DNA of 64,000 nt from an uncultured Actinomycetota bacterium (GTDB lineage Bacteria > Actinomycetota > Actinomycetes > CAVWCF01), in assembly GCA_963753435.1 (NCBI GenBank), contig CAVWCF010000001.1, positions 544,001 to 608,000 of the forward strand. The letters run 5' to 3'. Of this stretch, positions 27,755 to 37,663 are shown one piece after another. Numbering within the stretch: position 1 is the stretch's first letter; each line of letters begins with the position of its first letter. The translations under genes were made by a program, and so were the position numbers. Under the pieces are notes generated by a model, which was not told the DNA's origin, ran no database searches, and saw nothing but the letters and a program-made list of their open reading frames with translations.

Positions 27755-28483
27755 TCAGGGCGCAACGCGGCCATTGTCCACGAACGCCTGATGCGTCAGC
27801 GGCATCAGATCGGCCCAGATGTCCTCGTACTGCTCCGCCACCATCTCGATCTCAGCCTGCGGGTAGGAAGGGAAAGCCGAACCCTCCACTTTGCGCCGCA
27901 GCGAGAGGAAGTTCATCAGTGCGCGGGCGTTCATCGTCACGTAGGCCGAGGAGTAGATCGAAACCGGAAGCACCACCCGGGCTACCTCGCGCGCGACCCC
28001 CTCATCCAGCATCCGCTGGTAATCCGCATAGGCCGACTCGACCGACTGGCGGACCGTTTCGTCGACCACCTCGGTCTGCTGCGGCGTGCCGGGCACGAAC
28101 TCGTAGGAGCCCGGCTTACCAACCTGAACCAGCGGTCGTTGGGGACCAGGCACGTAGAAGACCGGATCCAGGACCCGGTAGCGGCCCGACTCCTCGTTGT
28201 AGGAGGCCATGCGGTGCCGCATGTGCTCGCGCCATACGAAGATGGGCGCGGCCACGTAGAAGGTCATCACGGAGTGCTCGAACGGACTGCCGTGGCGTTC
28301 CCGCATCAGGTATCTGATGAGGCCGGCCGACCCCTGGGCATCGGAGTCCGCCGACTCCAGCGACCGCTCACCTTGCGTGCTCACGCGCGCGGCGAACACC
28401 ACGTCGGAGTCGGCAGCGCTGGACTTCACCAACTCCACCGTCACGTCGCTGCGGAAGCGCACCTGGGGCGCTTGCTCGGTCAT
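27755..28483 (-). CDS. thyX: FAD-dependent thymidylate synthase
   Basis: HGSPFEH and RHRMASYNEESGRY (RHR-x7-SxR) motifs; GGAGG RBS before ATG 28483. Confidence 0.97.
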   Translation of the reverse strand: MTEQAPQVRFRSDVTVELVKSSAADSDVVFAARVSTQGERSLESADSDAQGSAGLIRYLMRERHGSPFEHSVMTFYVAAPIFVWREHMRHRMASYNEESGRYRVLDPVFYVPGPQRPLVQVGKPGSYEFVPGTPQQTEVVDETVRQSVESAYADYQRMLDEGVAREVARVVLPVSIYSSAYVTMNARALMNFLSLRRKVEGSAFPSYPQAEIEMVAEQYEDIWADLMPLTHQAFVDNGRVAP

Positions 28484-28612
28484 CGGCCTCCGATCCACGG
28501 GTCCGGGCGAGACTAGTCCGCGGCGGGGCCGGCGCGGCTCTGCCCCCGGCCCGACTGGTCTGCTTGCCCGGGCCTGCCACCGGCCCGGGCGTAGGCCCGA
28601 CATGCTTGCCCC

Positions 28613-29302
28613 GTGACCGCCGCACCAGACAGCCTTACCGCGAGCGAGCGGCGTGCCGTCATCAGTCGCTCAGTGAGTTTCGGCGTGCTCGGCCTGTACG
28701 GGGTGTCTTTCGGTGCCGTCTCGGTGGCGTCCGGCCTGGACTTCTGGCAGACCGCCGCCCTTTCCGCTCTCGCCTTCACCGGCGGGTCGCAGTTCGCCCT
28801 CGTCGGCATCCTGGGCGGTGGCGGGTCCGGCCTGGCAGGGACCGCAGCCGCACTGCTTCTGGGCTTGCGCAACGGCCTGTACGGCGTGCGGCTGGCGCCG
28901 CTGTTGCAGGTGCGCGGACTGCGCCGCCTGATTGCCGCGCAGTGGGTAATCGACGAGACCACGGGTCTGGCCGTCGCCGAGAGCAAGCCTGCAGCCGGTC
29001 GAGCGGCGTTCTGGGTCACCGGGGCCACCCTCTTCGTGGCCTGGAACACGAGCACCTGGCTGGGCGCAGCGGGGGCATCAGTGCTGGATCCGGTCCAGTG
29101 GGGCCTGGACGCCGTCGCACCCGCGGCCTTCCTGGCCCTGCTGTCGCAGCAGGTCTCGACCGACGCGGCGCGGGTGGCTGCGCTCATGGCGGCCACGGTC
29201 GTGCTGGTGTTGACTCCGCTGCTACCGGTCGGGGTGCCCGTGCTGCTCGGCGGGTTGGCCGGCATGGCCATCGGCGCTCGGCTCCTGGCGCGTGCGCCGT
29301 GA
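28613..29302 (+). CDS. AzlC family branched-chain amino acid exporter subunit
   Basis: AFTGGSQFALVG, LRN.LYG, IDET and GLDA..PAAFLALL motifs. Confidence 0.9.
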   Translation: MTAAPDSLTASERRAVISRSVSFGVLGLYGVSFGAVSVASGLDFWQTAALSALAFTGGSQFALVGILGGGGSGLAGTAAALLLGLRNGLYGVRLAPLLQVRGLRRLIAAQWVIDETTGLAVAESKPAAGRAAFWVTGATLFVAWNTSTWLGAAGASVLDPVQWGLDAVAPAAFLALLSQQVSTDAARVAALMAATVVLVLTPLLPVGVPVLLGGLAGMAIGARLLARAP

Positions 29303-29601
29303 TCTGGGTATGGGTCCTGCTGACGTCGGTCGGCTGCTATCTGACCAAGCTGACGGGCCTGTCGATCAAGTCGGAGCGGCTCGAAAGCGAGCGCTTGCAG
29401 CGCTGGATCCTGATGGTCCCGCCGGCCTTCTTCGGCGGCCTGGTGCTGGCCCAGACCGTGACCACTGGGAACCAATTGGTCGTGGATGCGCGGCTGGCGG
29501 GACTGGCCGCGGCAGCGCTGGCCCTGCTGCTGCGTGCCCCGTTCCTGCTGGTCCTCGTCGTCGCCGCCGCGGTGACCGCAGCGGTGCGGGCCCTGGTCTG
29601 A
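29299..29601 (+). CDS. AzlD family small membrane subunit
   Basis: GTGA overlap with azlC; IWVWVLL..VGCYLTKL.G and DARLAGL.AA..ALLLRAPFL. Confidence 0.88.
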   Translation: MIWVWVLLTSVGCYLTKLTGLSIKSERLESERLQRWILMVPPAFFGGLVLAQTVTTGNQLVVDARLAGLAAAALALLLRAPFLLVLVVAAAVTAAVRALV

Positions 29602-29618
29602 GGTGTGAGGATCAGCAG

Positions 29619-30158
29619 GTGAGCGGCTGGAAACTCTGGGGCGATCCCGAACCCATCCCGCCCGGCGGCTACAAGCAGTCCCGGTGGGTTCGCCCGTACC
29701 GACCGGGCCTGGCGCGGGTGCTCCTGAGCCTGCCCCCGGCCCTGCTGGCGGTAGCCGTCGCCGGGCTCGGTGTGCTCGGGGCCTTTGCCCAGACCGGCTG
29801 GACCGGAAGAGCGATCGGCGTGGCCGGCACAGTCGCAGCGGCCGGCGTCCTTGTTTGGATCGCCCTACGGGTGTTCAGCGCCGGGGTCTGGGTGACCGAC
29901 CACCGGGTCCGGATCCTCGGCCTGCTGGGCAGCCGGGAGATGCCGTGGACGGCTGTTGTGGACGTCGCCGCCGTGGACGGTTCGCGCCTACTGGGACTTC
30001 CCCTGTCGATCCCCGGGGGAACTGTGGTCCTGCGCACGTCCGACGGGGTCACCCTGCGCACCCCGGTCTGCAGTGGCTCCCCGGACTTCCTGGGCCGCCC
30101 GGAGTCCTTCCGGATCGCTGCCGGTGCACTGCGGCGCTGGTGGCTTGAGTGCCGCTGA
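29619..30158 (+). CDS. Membrane protein with bacterial PH-like domain
   Basis: WVRPYRPG, two TM helices, GVWV...VRI......REMPW and SPDFLGR.E.F..AA..L.RW. Confidence 0.7.
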   Translation: MSGWKLWGDPEPIPPGGYKQSRWVRPYRPGLARVLLSLPPALLAVAVAGLGVLGAFAQTGWTGRAIGVAGTVAAAGVLVWIALRVFSAGVWVTDHRVRILGLLGSREMPWTAVVDVAAVDGSRLLGLPLSIPGGTVVLRTSDGVTLRTPVCSGSPDFLGRPESFRIAAGALRRWWLECR

Positions 30159-30171
30159 TCTGCCCACGCCC

Positions 30172-30918
30172 CTAGAGCCCGAGCAGATCCTCCAGCCCGA
30201 CAGTGAGTCCGGGTCGCTTTGGGACCTCGCGGATCGCGTGGAGCACCCCGGGCATGAACGACTCCCGCGACATCGAGTCGTGCCGGAGCGTCAGCACTTC
30301 ACCGGCGGAGCCGAAGAGCACCTCCTGGTGGGCGATAAGACCGGACATCCGCACCGAATGCACGGGCACGTCATCGACTCGAGCGCCGCGGGCCCCATCC
30401 AATTCGGTGGCAGTGGCGTCCGGCATCGGGGCCAGCCGGGCCTCCCGGCGCGACCGAGCGATCTCGGTCGCGGTGGCTCTGGCGGTGCCCGACGGCGCAT
30501 CCAACTTGGCCGCGTGGTGCAACTCGATGATCTCCGCGGACTCGAAGAACCGCCCCGCCTCGCGCGCGAAGCGCATGAGCAGGACGGCACCCAAGCCGAA
30601 GTTCGGCGCAATCACGACGCCGGTCCCCGGCGAGTCCGCGAGCCAGCGCCGCACTATGTCGAAACGCTCCTCGTCGAAGCCGGAGGTGCCCACGACGGCA
30701 TGGATTCCGTGCCGCACACAGAACTCCAGGTTGGGCATCACCGAGCCGGGATCGGTGAAGTCGACCGCCACCTGCACCCCAGCGGTGCGCAATACGTCCA
30801 GGTCATCGCCGACGTCGACGCTGGCCACCAGATCAAGATCGACCGCCGCGTTCACAGCGTCGGTGACCTGAGTGCCCATGCGCCCCGCGGAGCCGATAAC
30901 GCCTATAGCCAGCCCCAT
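30172..30918 (-). CDS. dapB: 4-hydroxy-tetrahydrodipicolinate reductase
   Basis: GSAGRMG, DFT, VVGTSG, APNF and ELHH..KLDAPSGTA; GGAGG RBS. Confidence 0.97.
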   Translation of the reverse strand: MGLAIGVIGSAGRMGTQVTDAVNAAVDLDLVASVDVGDDLDVLRTAGVQVAVDFTDPGSVMPNLEFCVRHGIHAVVGTSGFDEERFDIVRRWLADSPGTGVVIAPNFGLGAVLLMRFAREAGRFFESAEIIELHHAAKLDAPSGTARATATEIARSRREARLAPMPDATATELDGARGARVDDVPVHSVRMSGLIAHQEVLFGSAGEVLTLRHDSMSRESFMPGVLHAIREVPKRPGLTVGLEDLLGL

Positions 30919-30928
30919 AACGACCTCC

Positions 30929-32266
30929 TCAGGCCACAGCCGCGAACTCGTGGTCATCGTCGAAAGGGCCCACGACGGCGAGTGTGGCATCGGCCCGCAG
31001 CAGATCAGCCGCAACAGCTGCGACGTCGTACTCCGAAACCGCCGCCACTCGCGCCAGGACCTCGTCCAGGCTCAACCACTCGCCGTGGAACAGTTCGGAC
31101 TTGCCCAAGCGGCTCATCCGGCTAGCGGTGTCCTCTTGCCGTAGCACCAGCGAGCCAGCCAGTTGACCTTGACCCTGTGCCACCTCGGTAGCCGTCAGGC
31201 CGGACTCGGCAACACGCGCCAACTCGCTACGACACACGTCCAATACCTCGCCCACCTTCTGCGGCAGGCACCCCGCATAGACCCCGAACATCCCGGAGTC
31301 GGAGTACTGCGAGGCGAAGGAGTAGACGGAGTAGGCCAACCCACGCTTCTCGCGAATCTCCTGGAACAGCCGGCTCGACATCCCACCGCCGAAGACGGCG
31401 TTCAACACGCCGACGGCGAACCGCCGGTCGTCCGTCAGCCGCACCCCCGGCACGCCAAGGACCAAGTGCGCCTGCTCCACCGGACGGCGAGTGAGCAGCA
31501 GCGGTGCCGAAGTCAACGCACTGAACTCGTTGATGCGCGGCGCCGCCGGACGCCCGGTGGTTAGCCCCAGGCCGGCGACGCCAAGTGCTTCGGCGACCGC
31601 TTCAACAACCGCGTCGTGGTCGAGGCTCCCGGCGACGGCCACCACCAGGTTGGACAGCGCGTAGCGGTCCCGGTAGTACTCCGCGACCGTGTCCCGTTGC
31701 ATCGAGCCGATCGAATCCACCGTGCCCAGGATCGGCCGCCCCAATGGGCCGGCACCGTAGAGGGCAGTCGCGAAGACGTCATGAACAGCATCGGATGGTT
31801 CGTCCAAGTGCATCGCGATCTCTTCGAGGATCACGTCACGTTCGGCGGCGAAGTCCGCATCCCTGATCTGTGAGGCCAGGACCAGGTCCATGAGCACGTC
31901 CACTGCCAGCGGCAAGTCGGTGTCCAGGACCCGAGCATAGAAACACGTGGACTCCTTGCCGGTGAAGGCGTTCAGCTCCCCACCACCGGACTCGACCGCC
32001 GCGCTGATGTCGAACGCCTCGCGACGCTTGGTGCCCTTGAAGAGCAGGTGCTCGAGGAAATGGCTGGCGCCGGCCTGCGCAGCGGACTCGTCGCGAGAGC
32101 CGACACCGGCCCACACGCCGATGGACACCGAGCGGACAGCCGGCACCGACTCCGTGACGATGCGCAGACCGCCAGGCAGGACTGTTCGGCGAACCACGCC
32201 GCCACCGGGCTCCTCAGCCAGAGTGAGCGTCGCCCACTCCGGCTGGTCCGGCGACAGCAGCGGCAC
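30929..32266 (-). CDS. M16 family (pitrilysin-like) zinc metallopeptidase
   Basis: GSRDE, HFLEHLLFKGT, NAFT.KE.T and GGGMSSRLFQEIREKRGLAYSVYS; usual position after pnp. Confidence 0.95.
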   Translation of the reverse strand: MPLLSPDQPEWATLTLAEEPGGGVVRRTVLPGGLRIVTESVPAVRSVSIGVWAGVGSRDESAAQAGASHFLEHLLFKGTKRREAFDISAAVESGGGELNAFTGKESTCFYARVLDTDLPLAVDVLMDLVLASQIRDADFAAERDVILEEIAMHLDEPSDAVHDVFATALYGAGPLGRPILGTVDSIGSMQRDTVAEYYRDRYALSNLVVAVAGSLDHDAVVEAVAEALGVAGLGLTTGRPAAPRINEFSALTSAPLLLTRRPVEQAHLVLGVPGVRLTDDRRFAVGVLNAVFGGGMSSRLFQEIREKRGLAYSVYSFASQYSDSGMFGVYAGCLPQKVGEVLDVCRSELARVAESGLTATEVAQGQGQLAGSLVLRQEDTASRMSRLGKSELFHGEWLSLDEVLARVAAVSEYDVAAVAADLLRADATLAVVGPFDDDHEFAAVA

Positions 32267-34453
32267 TCAGGCGCCTTCGCTCACCGGGGAAAGGGACAAC
32301 TTGCCACGGTCGTCGATCTCGGTGATCTCCACCTGGATCTTCTGCCCGACGTTGACGACGTCCTCCACGGACTCAACCCGCTTGCCGTCGTTCAGCTCAC
32401 GCATCTTGGAGATGTGCAGCAGGCCGTCCTTGCCCGGCAGCAGCGAAATGAAGGCACCGAAGGCGGTGGTCTTGACCACTGTGCCCAGGTAGCGCTCCCC
32501 GATCTCCGGCATGTGCGGGTTGGCGATCGCATTGATGCGCTCGCGTGCCGCCTCAGCCGAGGGACCGTCAACCGCACCGATGTAGACGGTGCCGTCGTCC
32601 TCGATGCTGATCTCGGCGCCGGTCTCGTCCTGGATCGTGTTGATCATCTTGCCCTTCGGGCCGATGACCTCGCCGATCTTGTCGACGGGCACCCGCACGC
32701 TGATGATCCGCGGCGCCAGGGGCGACATTTCCTCAGGACCGGACACGGCCTCGTTCATCACGTCGAGGATCGTCATTCGGGCGTCACGGGCCTGCGTCAG
32801 TGCCTGGGCCAGCACGGAGGCCGGGATTCCATCCAGCTTCGTGTCCAACTGCAGCGCAGTGACGAACTCGCGCGTGCCGGCGACCTTGAAGTCCATGTCA
32901 CCGAACGCGTCCTCCGCGCCCAAGATGTCGGTCAGCGCCAGGTACTGCGTCTCACCGTCGACCTCGTCGGAGACCAGGCCCATCGCGATGCCGGCAACCG
33001 GCGCCTTCAGCGGGACCCCGGCGTGCAGCAACGACAAGGTCGAAGCGCAGACCGAACCCATCGACGTCGAACCGTTGGAGCCGACCGCCTCACTGACCTG
33101 GCGGATCGCGTAGGGGAACTCCTCGCGCGTGGGCAGAACCGGCACCAGCGCCCGCTCGGCCAAGGCGCCGTGTCCGATCTCGCGCCGCTTCGGCGAACCC
33201 ACGCGGCCGGTCTCACCGGTCGAGTACGGCGGGAAGTTGTAGTTGTGCATGTAGCGCTTGGTCCGCTCCGGGTTCAGCGTGTCCAAGGTCTGCTCCATGC
33301 GCAGCATGTTCAGCGTGGTTACACCCATGATCTGGGTCTCACCGCGCTCGAACAGCGCGGAGCCGTGGGCCCGCGGAATGATGTCCACCTCGGCGCTCAA
33401 CTGGCGAATGTCGGTGGGGCCGCGACCGTCGATGCGGACCTTGTCGGTGAGGATGCGGCGGCGGACCAACTTCTTGGTCAGAGAGCGGAAGGCGCCGTCG
33501 ACCTCCTTCTCGCGGCCGGCGAACTCCTCCGCCAACTTGTCCTGGGTTGCGGCCCGAACGCGATCGATCTCGGCTTCGCGCTCCTGCTTGCCGGCGATCG
33601 TCAGGGCAGCGCCCAGGTCCGCAGCAGCCACGTTCTCCACGGCCGCGTAGGCATCGTCGGCGTAGTCCAGGAAGACCGGGAACTCACCGGTGGGCCGAGC
33701 CGCCTTGTCCGCGACAGCCTGCTGCGCCTGGCACAGCGACTTGATGAAGGGCTTGGCCGCCTCAAGGCCTTCGGCGACGACGTCCTCGGTGGGGGCGGTG
33801 GCTCCACCGGCAACCAAGCCGATCGTGGCGTCGGTGGCCTCAGCCTCGACCATCATGATCGCCACGTCGCCGTCAGCCAGCACGCGGCCGGCCACGACCA
33901 TGTCGAACACGGCGTTCTCAAGCTCGGAGTGGGTCGGGAAAGCGACCCAGACGCCATCGATAAGTGCCACGCGAACGCCGCCGATGGGACCGGAGAAGGG
34001 CAGCCCGGCCAACTGCGTCGACATGCTCGCGGCGTTGATGGCCAGCACGTCGTACAGGTGATCGGGGTTCAGCGAGAGCACGGTTACGACGACCTGGATC
34101 TCGTTGCGCAGCCCCTTGGTGAACGAGGGACGCAGCGGGCGGTCGATCAGGCGGCAGGTAAGGATCGCATCCTCACTGGGCCGACCCTCACGACGGAAGA
34201 ACGAGCCGGGGATGCGCCCGGCGGCGTACATCCGCTCCTCGACATCGACGGTCAGCGGGAAGAAGTCCAACTGGTCCTTCGGCCGCTTCGATGCGGTCGT
34301 GGCCGACAACACCATGGTGTCGGCGTCCAGGTAGGCGACCGTGCTGCCAGCGGCCTGGCGGGCCAGGCGGCCGGTCTCGAACGTGACGGTGCGGGTGCCG
34401 AACGGACCGTTGTCCAGAACGGCCTCGGCGGTGTAGATCTCAGAACCCGACAA
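32267..34453 (-). CDS. pnp: Polyribonucleotide nucleotidyltransferase (PNPase/GPSI)
   Basis: [56 protein letters not shown] and S1 domains; TTG start after AAGGAGG. Confidence 0.98.
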   Translation of the reverse strand: MSGSEIYTAEAVLDNGPFGTRTVTFETGRLARQAAGSTVAYLDADTMVLSATTASKRPKDQLDFFPLTVDVEERMYAAGRIPGSFFRREGRPSEDAILTCRLIDRPLRPSFTKGLRNEIQVVVTVLSLNPDHLYDVLAINAASMSTQLAGLPFSGPIGGVRVALIDGVWVAFPTHSELENAVFDMVVAGRVLADGDVAIMMVEAEATDATIGLVAGGATAPTEDVVAEGLEAAKPFIKSLCQAQQAVADKAARPTGEFPVFLDYADDAYAAVENVAAADLGAALTIAGKQEREAEIDRVRAATQDKLAEEFAGREKEVDGAFRSLTKKLVRRRILTDKVRIDGRGPTDIRQLSAEVDIIPRAHGSALFERGETQIMGVTTLNMLRMEQTLDTLNPERTKRYMHNYNFPPYSTGETGRVGSPKRREIGHGALAERALVPVLPTREEFPYAIRQVSEAVGSNGSTSMGSVCASTLSLLHAGVPLKAPVAGIAMGLVSDEVDGETQYLALTDILGAEDAFGDMDFKVAGTREFVTALQLDTKLDGIPASVLAQALTQARDARMTILDVMNEAVSGPEEMSPLAPRIISVRVPVDKIGEVIGPKGKMINTIQDETGAEISIEDDGTVYIGAVDGPSAEAARERINAIANPHMPEIGERYLGTVVKTTAFGAFISLLPGKDGLLHISKMRELNDGKRVESVEDVVNVGQKIQVEITEIDDRGKLSLSPVSEGA

Positions 34454-34500
34454 GGGTCCTCCTTCGGGAACGGGAGGAGGCGGTGTCGGATCTCAACGTC

Positions 34501-34557
34501 CCGGTCTTCGATCGAGGGCCACGGCCATCAATGCCGGGGTCCACCACCGAGGACCGA
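34501..34557 (-). ncRNA. pnp 5' leader stem-loop (Actino-pnp-type, probable RNase III processing site)
   Basis: Minus strand CGGUCCUCGGUGGUGGACCCCGG...CCCUCGAUCGAAGACCGG folds into a long imperfect stem and resembles the conserved actinobacterial rpsO-pnp leader (recalled). Confidence 0.75.
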
Positions 34558-34618
34558 CCGTCGCTGCCTTCGGCCCCCTCGCAGGGTTGGGTTTTCAGTT
34601 GTAGGTGCAGATAAGCCG

Positions 34619-34648
34619 AAAAGGGAGTGAGTCCAACGACTCACTCCC
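34619..34648 (-). terminator. Intrinsic terminator after rpsO
   Basis: 11-bp perfect stem GGGAGTGAGTC/GACTCACTCCC with 4-nt loop, followed by UUUU on the minus strand. Confidence 0.85.
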
Positions 34649-34652
34649 CCCG

Positions 34653-34916
34653 TCAGCGGCGCAGGCCCAGGCGCTCGATCAGCGACCGGTACCGCTGGAT
34701 GTCCTTGTCCTGCAAGTAGTCCAGCAGGCGGCGGCGACGACCGACCAGCAGCAACAGCCCACGGCGGCTGTGGTGGTCGTGGCCGTGTGTCTTCAGGTGG
34801 CCCGTCAGGTGGCTGATCCGGTGGGTCAGCAACGCGACCTGAACCTCCGGGGAGCCGGTGTCACCATCGCTGGTGCCGTACTCGTCGATGATCTGCTTCT
34901 TGGTTGCAGCGTCCAT
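34653..34916 (-). CDS. rpsO: 30S ribosomal protein S15
   Basis: [43 protein letters not shown] and LGLRR end. Confidence 0.98.
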   Translation of the reverse strand: MDAATKKQIIDEYGTSDGDTGSPEVQVALLTHRISHLTGHLKTHGHDHHSRRGLLLLVGRRRRLLDYLQDKDIQRYRSLIERLGLRR

Positions 34917-35017
34917 GACTGTCCGCCGACTCCTTTCGGGGGTCGTTGCGCGGCGCGCCGGGGCAGGTTCACCCGGGCTCTCTCAGACCGCGGCCGTTGA
35001 ACGGCATCGGAAGGCTA
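34917..35017 (-). promoter_or_regulatory. rpsO promoter and structured leader (possible S15 autoregulatory element)
   Basis: TAGCCT -10 at about 35012-35017, then about 90 nt of GC-rich leader able to pair (GCGG..CCGC, CCGGG..CCCGG) and an AAAGGAG element; function inferred from position only. Confidence 0.45.
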
Positions 35018-35107
35018 CCAGCGCGAGCGGCCAGCAGCCCAATCCGGCCGAGCCGCGGCGAGCCGGGCCTGGACCAGTCCGTGGGCCCCGGATCCAGTGG
35101 GGGTCGG

Positions 35108-36052
35108 CTAGCGATCGGCCAGCAGCCGGCGGACCGCGACCACGTCTTCATCCATCTGCGCCACCAACGCCTCGGCGGAGTCGAACTTCCACGTGTCCCG
35201 GATGCGGGCCAGGAATTCGACCCCCACTTGGCTGTCGTACAGATCGACATCCACATCCAGTGCGTGGGCCTCGACCCGTCGGGTCGAACCACTGAACGTC
35301 GGATTGGTCCCCACCGAGATCGCGGCCGGCCAGGCGTCGCTGCCCCGAACCAGCCGACCGGCGTACACCCCGTCCGCAGGGACCGCGGCCGCCTCCGCCG
35401 CGCTGACGTTGGCCGTCGGGTACCCCAGCGCCCGGCCGCGCCGGTCCCCGGTCACCACGACACCGTCAAGTCGATGCGGTCGCCCCAGTGCCAGTGCCGC
35501 TTCCTCGACCTGCCCAGCCAGGACTCGTTCGCGCACGTAGGAGGAGGAGAACGTGCCCCCGGAGGTCCCGACCAGCGGGACCCCCTCGACGGCGAACCCG
35601 ACCGCCGCGCCGATCTCCGTGAGCGTGTCGAGGTCGCCCGCGGCGCGGTGGCCAAAACGGAAGTTCGAGCCCACCACCACGGCCGTTGCCGCCAATGCGC
35701 CGCGCAGCACCGAATCCACGAACTCGCGCGGCTGCAGTCGGCTCAGTTCCTCGGTGAACGACAGCACCACGACCTCGTCCACCCCGCATTCCTTCAGCAG
35801 CTGGGCGCGGCGCGGAACAGTCGTCAGCAACGGGACCCGATGTCCGGGCCGCAGCACCGTGACCGGGTGCGGATCGAAAGTGAGGGCAACGGCCCTGACT
35901 CCGAGTCGGCGGGCCAGGCCTACTGCGTGACCGACGATCACCTGATGACCACGGTGGACCCCGTCGAAGACGCCGACGGTGACAACTGACGGCGCGGCGG
36001 GGAGTTCCGCCAACTCGGTCCAGCCCCGATCCACGGGCGGCAAGCCTGCCAC
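35108..36052 (-). CDS. ribF: Bifunctional riboflavin kinase/FAD synthetase
   Basis: GVFDGVHRGHQ, TFDPHP, VG.NFRFG, SSSYVR, GR.LGYPTAN and SVGTNPTF motifs. Confidence 0.96.
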   Translation of the reverse strand: MAGLPPVDRGWTELAELPAAPSVVTVGVFDGVHRGHQVIVGHAVGLARRLGVRAVALTFDPHPVTVLRPGHRVPLLTTVPRRAQLLKECGVDEVVVLSFTEELSRLQPREFVDSVLRGALAATAVVVGSNFRFGHRAAGDLDTLTEIGAAVGFAVEGVPLVGTSGGTFSSSYVRERVLAGQVEEAALALGRPHRLDGVVVTGDRRGRALGYPTANVSAAEAAAVPADGVYAGRLVRGSDAWPAAISVGTNPTFSGSTRRVEAHALDVDVDLYDSQVGVEFLARIRDTWKFDSAEALVAQMDEDVVAVRRLLADR

Positions 36053-36057
36053 GAGCC

Positions 36058-36927
36058 CTAGACGAAGACCGCAAGCGGCTTGAGTCGGTCGTCGTCCTCG
36101 GCCATCAACGCCAAGGGCGCGTCGCCAGGTCCGAACACCGCGATCGGACCGTCCGCGCCGATGGCCGGGAGGCTGCGCCCATGCCCCACTGCGGTGGCCG
36201 ACTCCGCATCCACATCGAGGCGGGCGAAGTTGCGATCCAGCGCCTCAGCCAGTGGGAGCACCTTCGGGTCCCGCTCGAAGTCCTCGAGTTCCTGGCACTC
36301 CCCTACGTCAACCGAGCCGGACCGGGTCCGTCGAAGTTCTCGCAAGTGCCCGCCGACTCCAAGGTCTGCGCCGAGGTCGCGGGCCAGGGCCCGGATGTAG
36401 GTGCCCGCGGAGCAGGTGACGGACACGGCCACGTCCAAGTAGTCGCCGACCTCGGCAACGTCCCGCACCTCGAAACGACTGACTGTGACCGTGCGCGCAG
36501 GCAACTCGACCGTCTCGCCGGACCGAACCCGCTCATAGGACCGTCGGCCCCCGACCTTGATCGCGCTGACCGAACTGGGTACCTGCTCGATCACTCCGGT
36601 CAAGCCAGCCACGGCGGCGTCTAGGTCGGCGGGTGGCACGGATGCAGTTGCTCGGCTGAGGACTTCGCCTTCGGCGTCGTCGGTGGTGGTGGCTTCTCCC
36701 AGCCGGATCACCGCGTCGTAGTCCTTATCGGCAACCGTTAGATACCCCAGCAGCCGGGTGGCACGGCCGATCCCGAGCACCAGGACGCCGGTAGCCATGG
36801 GATCCAGCGTGCCCGCGTGCCCGACCCGACGTGTCCGCAGGATGCGTCGACACCGACCGACAACATCGTGGCTGGTCATGCCCGACGGCTTGTCCAGCAG
36901 CGCGATGCCATCGACGGTTCCGGTCAC
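36058..36927 (-). CDS. truB: tRNA pseudouridine(55) synthase
   Basis: DKPSGMTSHDVV, VGHAGTLDPMATGVL and CSAGTYIRALARDLG. Confidence 0.97.
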   Translation of the reverse strand: MTGTVDGIALLDKPSGMTSHDVVGRCRRILRTRRVGHAGTLDPMATGVLVLGIGRATRLLGYLTVADKDYDAVIRLGEATTTDDAEGEVLSRATASVPPADLDAAVAGLTGVIEQVPSSVSAIKVGGRRSYERVRSGETVELPARTVTVSRFEVRDVAEVGDYLDVAVSVTCSAGTYIRALARDLGADLGVGGHLRELRRTRSGSVDVGECQELEDFERDPKVLPLAEALDRNFARLDVDAESATAVGHGRSLPAIGADGPIAVFGPGDAPLALMAEDDDRLKPLAVFV

Positions 36928-37355
36928 GCCTCTTCGGCCGGTCGTGGCGGGCGGTAGGGATCAGGCTCGCCGACCGGTTGCGCGGTCGCGGCCTCCCGGT
37001 GCACCCGCTCGTCGTCGGCGGCTGCGGCCTTCAGCAGTTCCTCGATGTGGTGGGCGTTCTCCGGAACAGCGTCGGCCACGAACGCCAGGAAGGGGGTGAA
37101 CTTGACTCCGGTCCGCCGCCCGACCTCGCTGCGCAGCAAGCCACGCGACGACTCCAGCGCAGCTGCCGTCCCGGCGGAGTCCGACTCCGCGCCGAACACG
37201 GTGTAGAACACCGTCGCTTCGCGCAGATCCGCGGTCACGCGGGCATCGGTGATGGTCACGAAGCCCAGCCGCGGATCCTTGATCCGGCGCTCCAGCGTCT
37301 CGGCGACGATCTCCTTGATGCGCTCCGCCAACCGGCGGGCTCGCTCCTCGCTCAT
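36924..37355 (-). CDS. rbfA: Ribosome-binding factor A
   Basis: IKDPRLGFVTITD.RVT.DLR.A.V and KFTP.L.F..D. Confidence 0.96.
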   Translation of the reverse strand: MSEERARRLAERIKEIVAETLERRIKDPRLGFVTITDARVTADLREATVFYTVFGAESDSAGTAAALESSRGLLRSEVGRRTGVKFTPFLAFVADAVPENAHHIEELLKAAAADDERVHREAATAQPVGEPDPYRPPRPAEEA

Positions 37356-37648
37356 TCGTCCTCCTCCGAGTAGATCCGCCGTCGAGCCGACAGAACTTCC
37401 AGCTCCGGACGCTCTGCTACTGCCCGTTCACATGTGTCCAACACCTCGCCGCAGTGGCCCGCGTCCGCGGACACCACGGCGACCCCGATCAGCGCCCGCC
37501 GATGCAGATCCACGTGCCCGGCCTCGGCGGCGGCCACCCCGAAGCGCCGGCGCAGGTCGGCCAGCACCGGTCGGATGACCGATCGCTTCTGCTTCAGCGA
37601 ATGGACGTCACCAAGCAACACGTCCAGCGCCAATGTGCCGACATACAT
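37352..37648 (-). CDS. DUF503 (YlxP) family protein
   Basis: MYVGTL..D.LLGDVHSLKQKRSVIRP and AAE.GH.DLHRRA.IG; between infB and rbfA. Confidence 0.92.
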   Translation of the reverse strand: MYVGTLALDVLLGDVHSLKQKRSVIRPVLADLRRRFGVAAAEAGHVDLHRRALIGVAVVSADAGHCGEVLDTCERAVAERPELEVLSARRRIYSEEDE

Positions 37649-37663
37649 GCCCACCTCGCCGGG

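Noticed and set aside
32048-34630. 860-aa plus-strand ORF, and similar long ORFs at 558-1979, 1535-3034, 24542-26209, 37454-39274 and 58725-60248
   Set aside because: They are antisense shadows of genuine minus-strand genes, expected from high-GC codon bias, and show no recognisable motifs.
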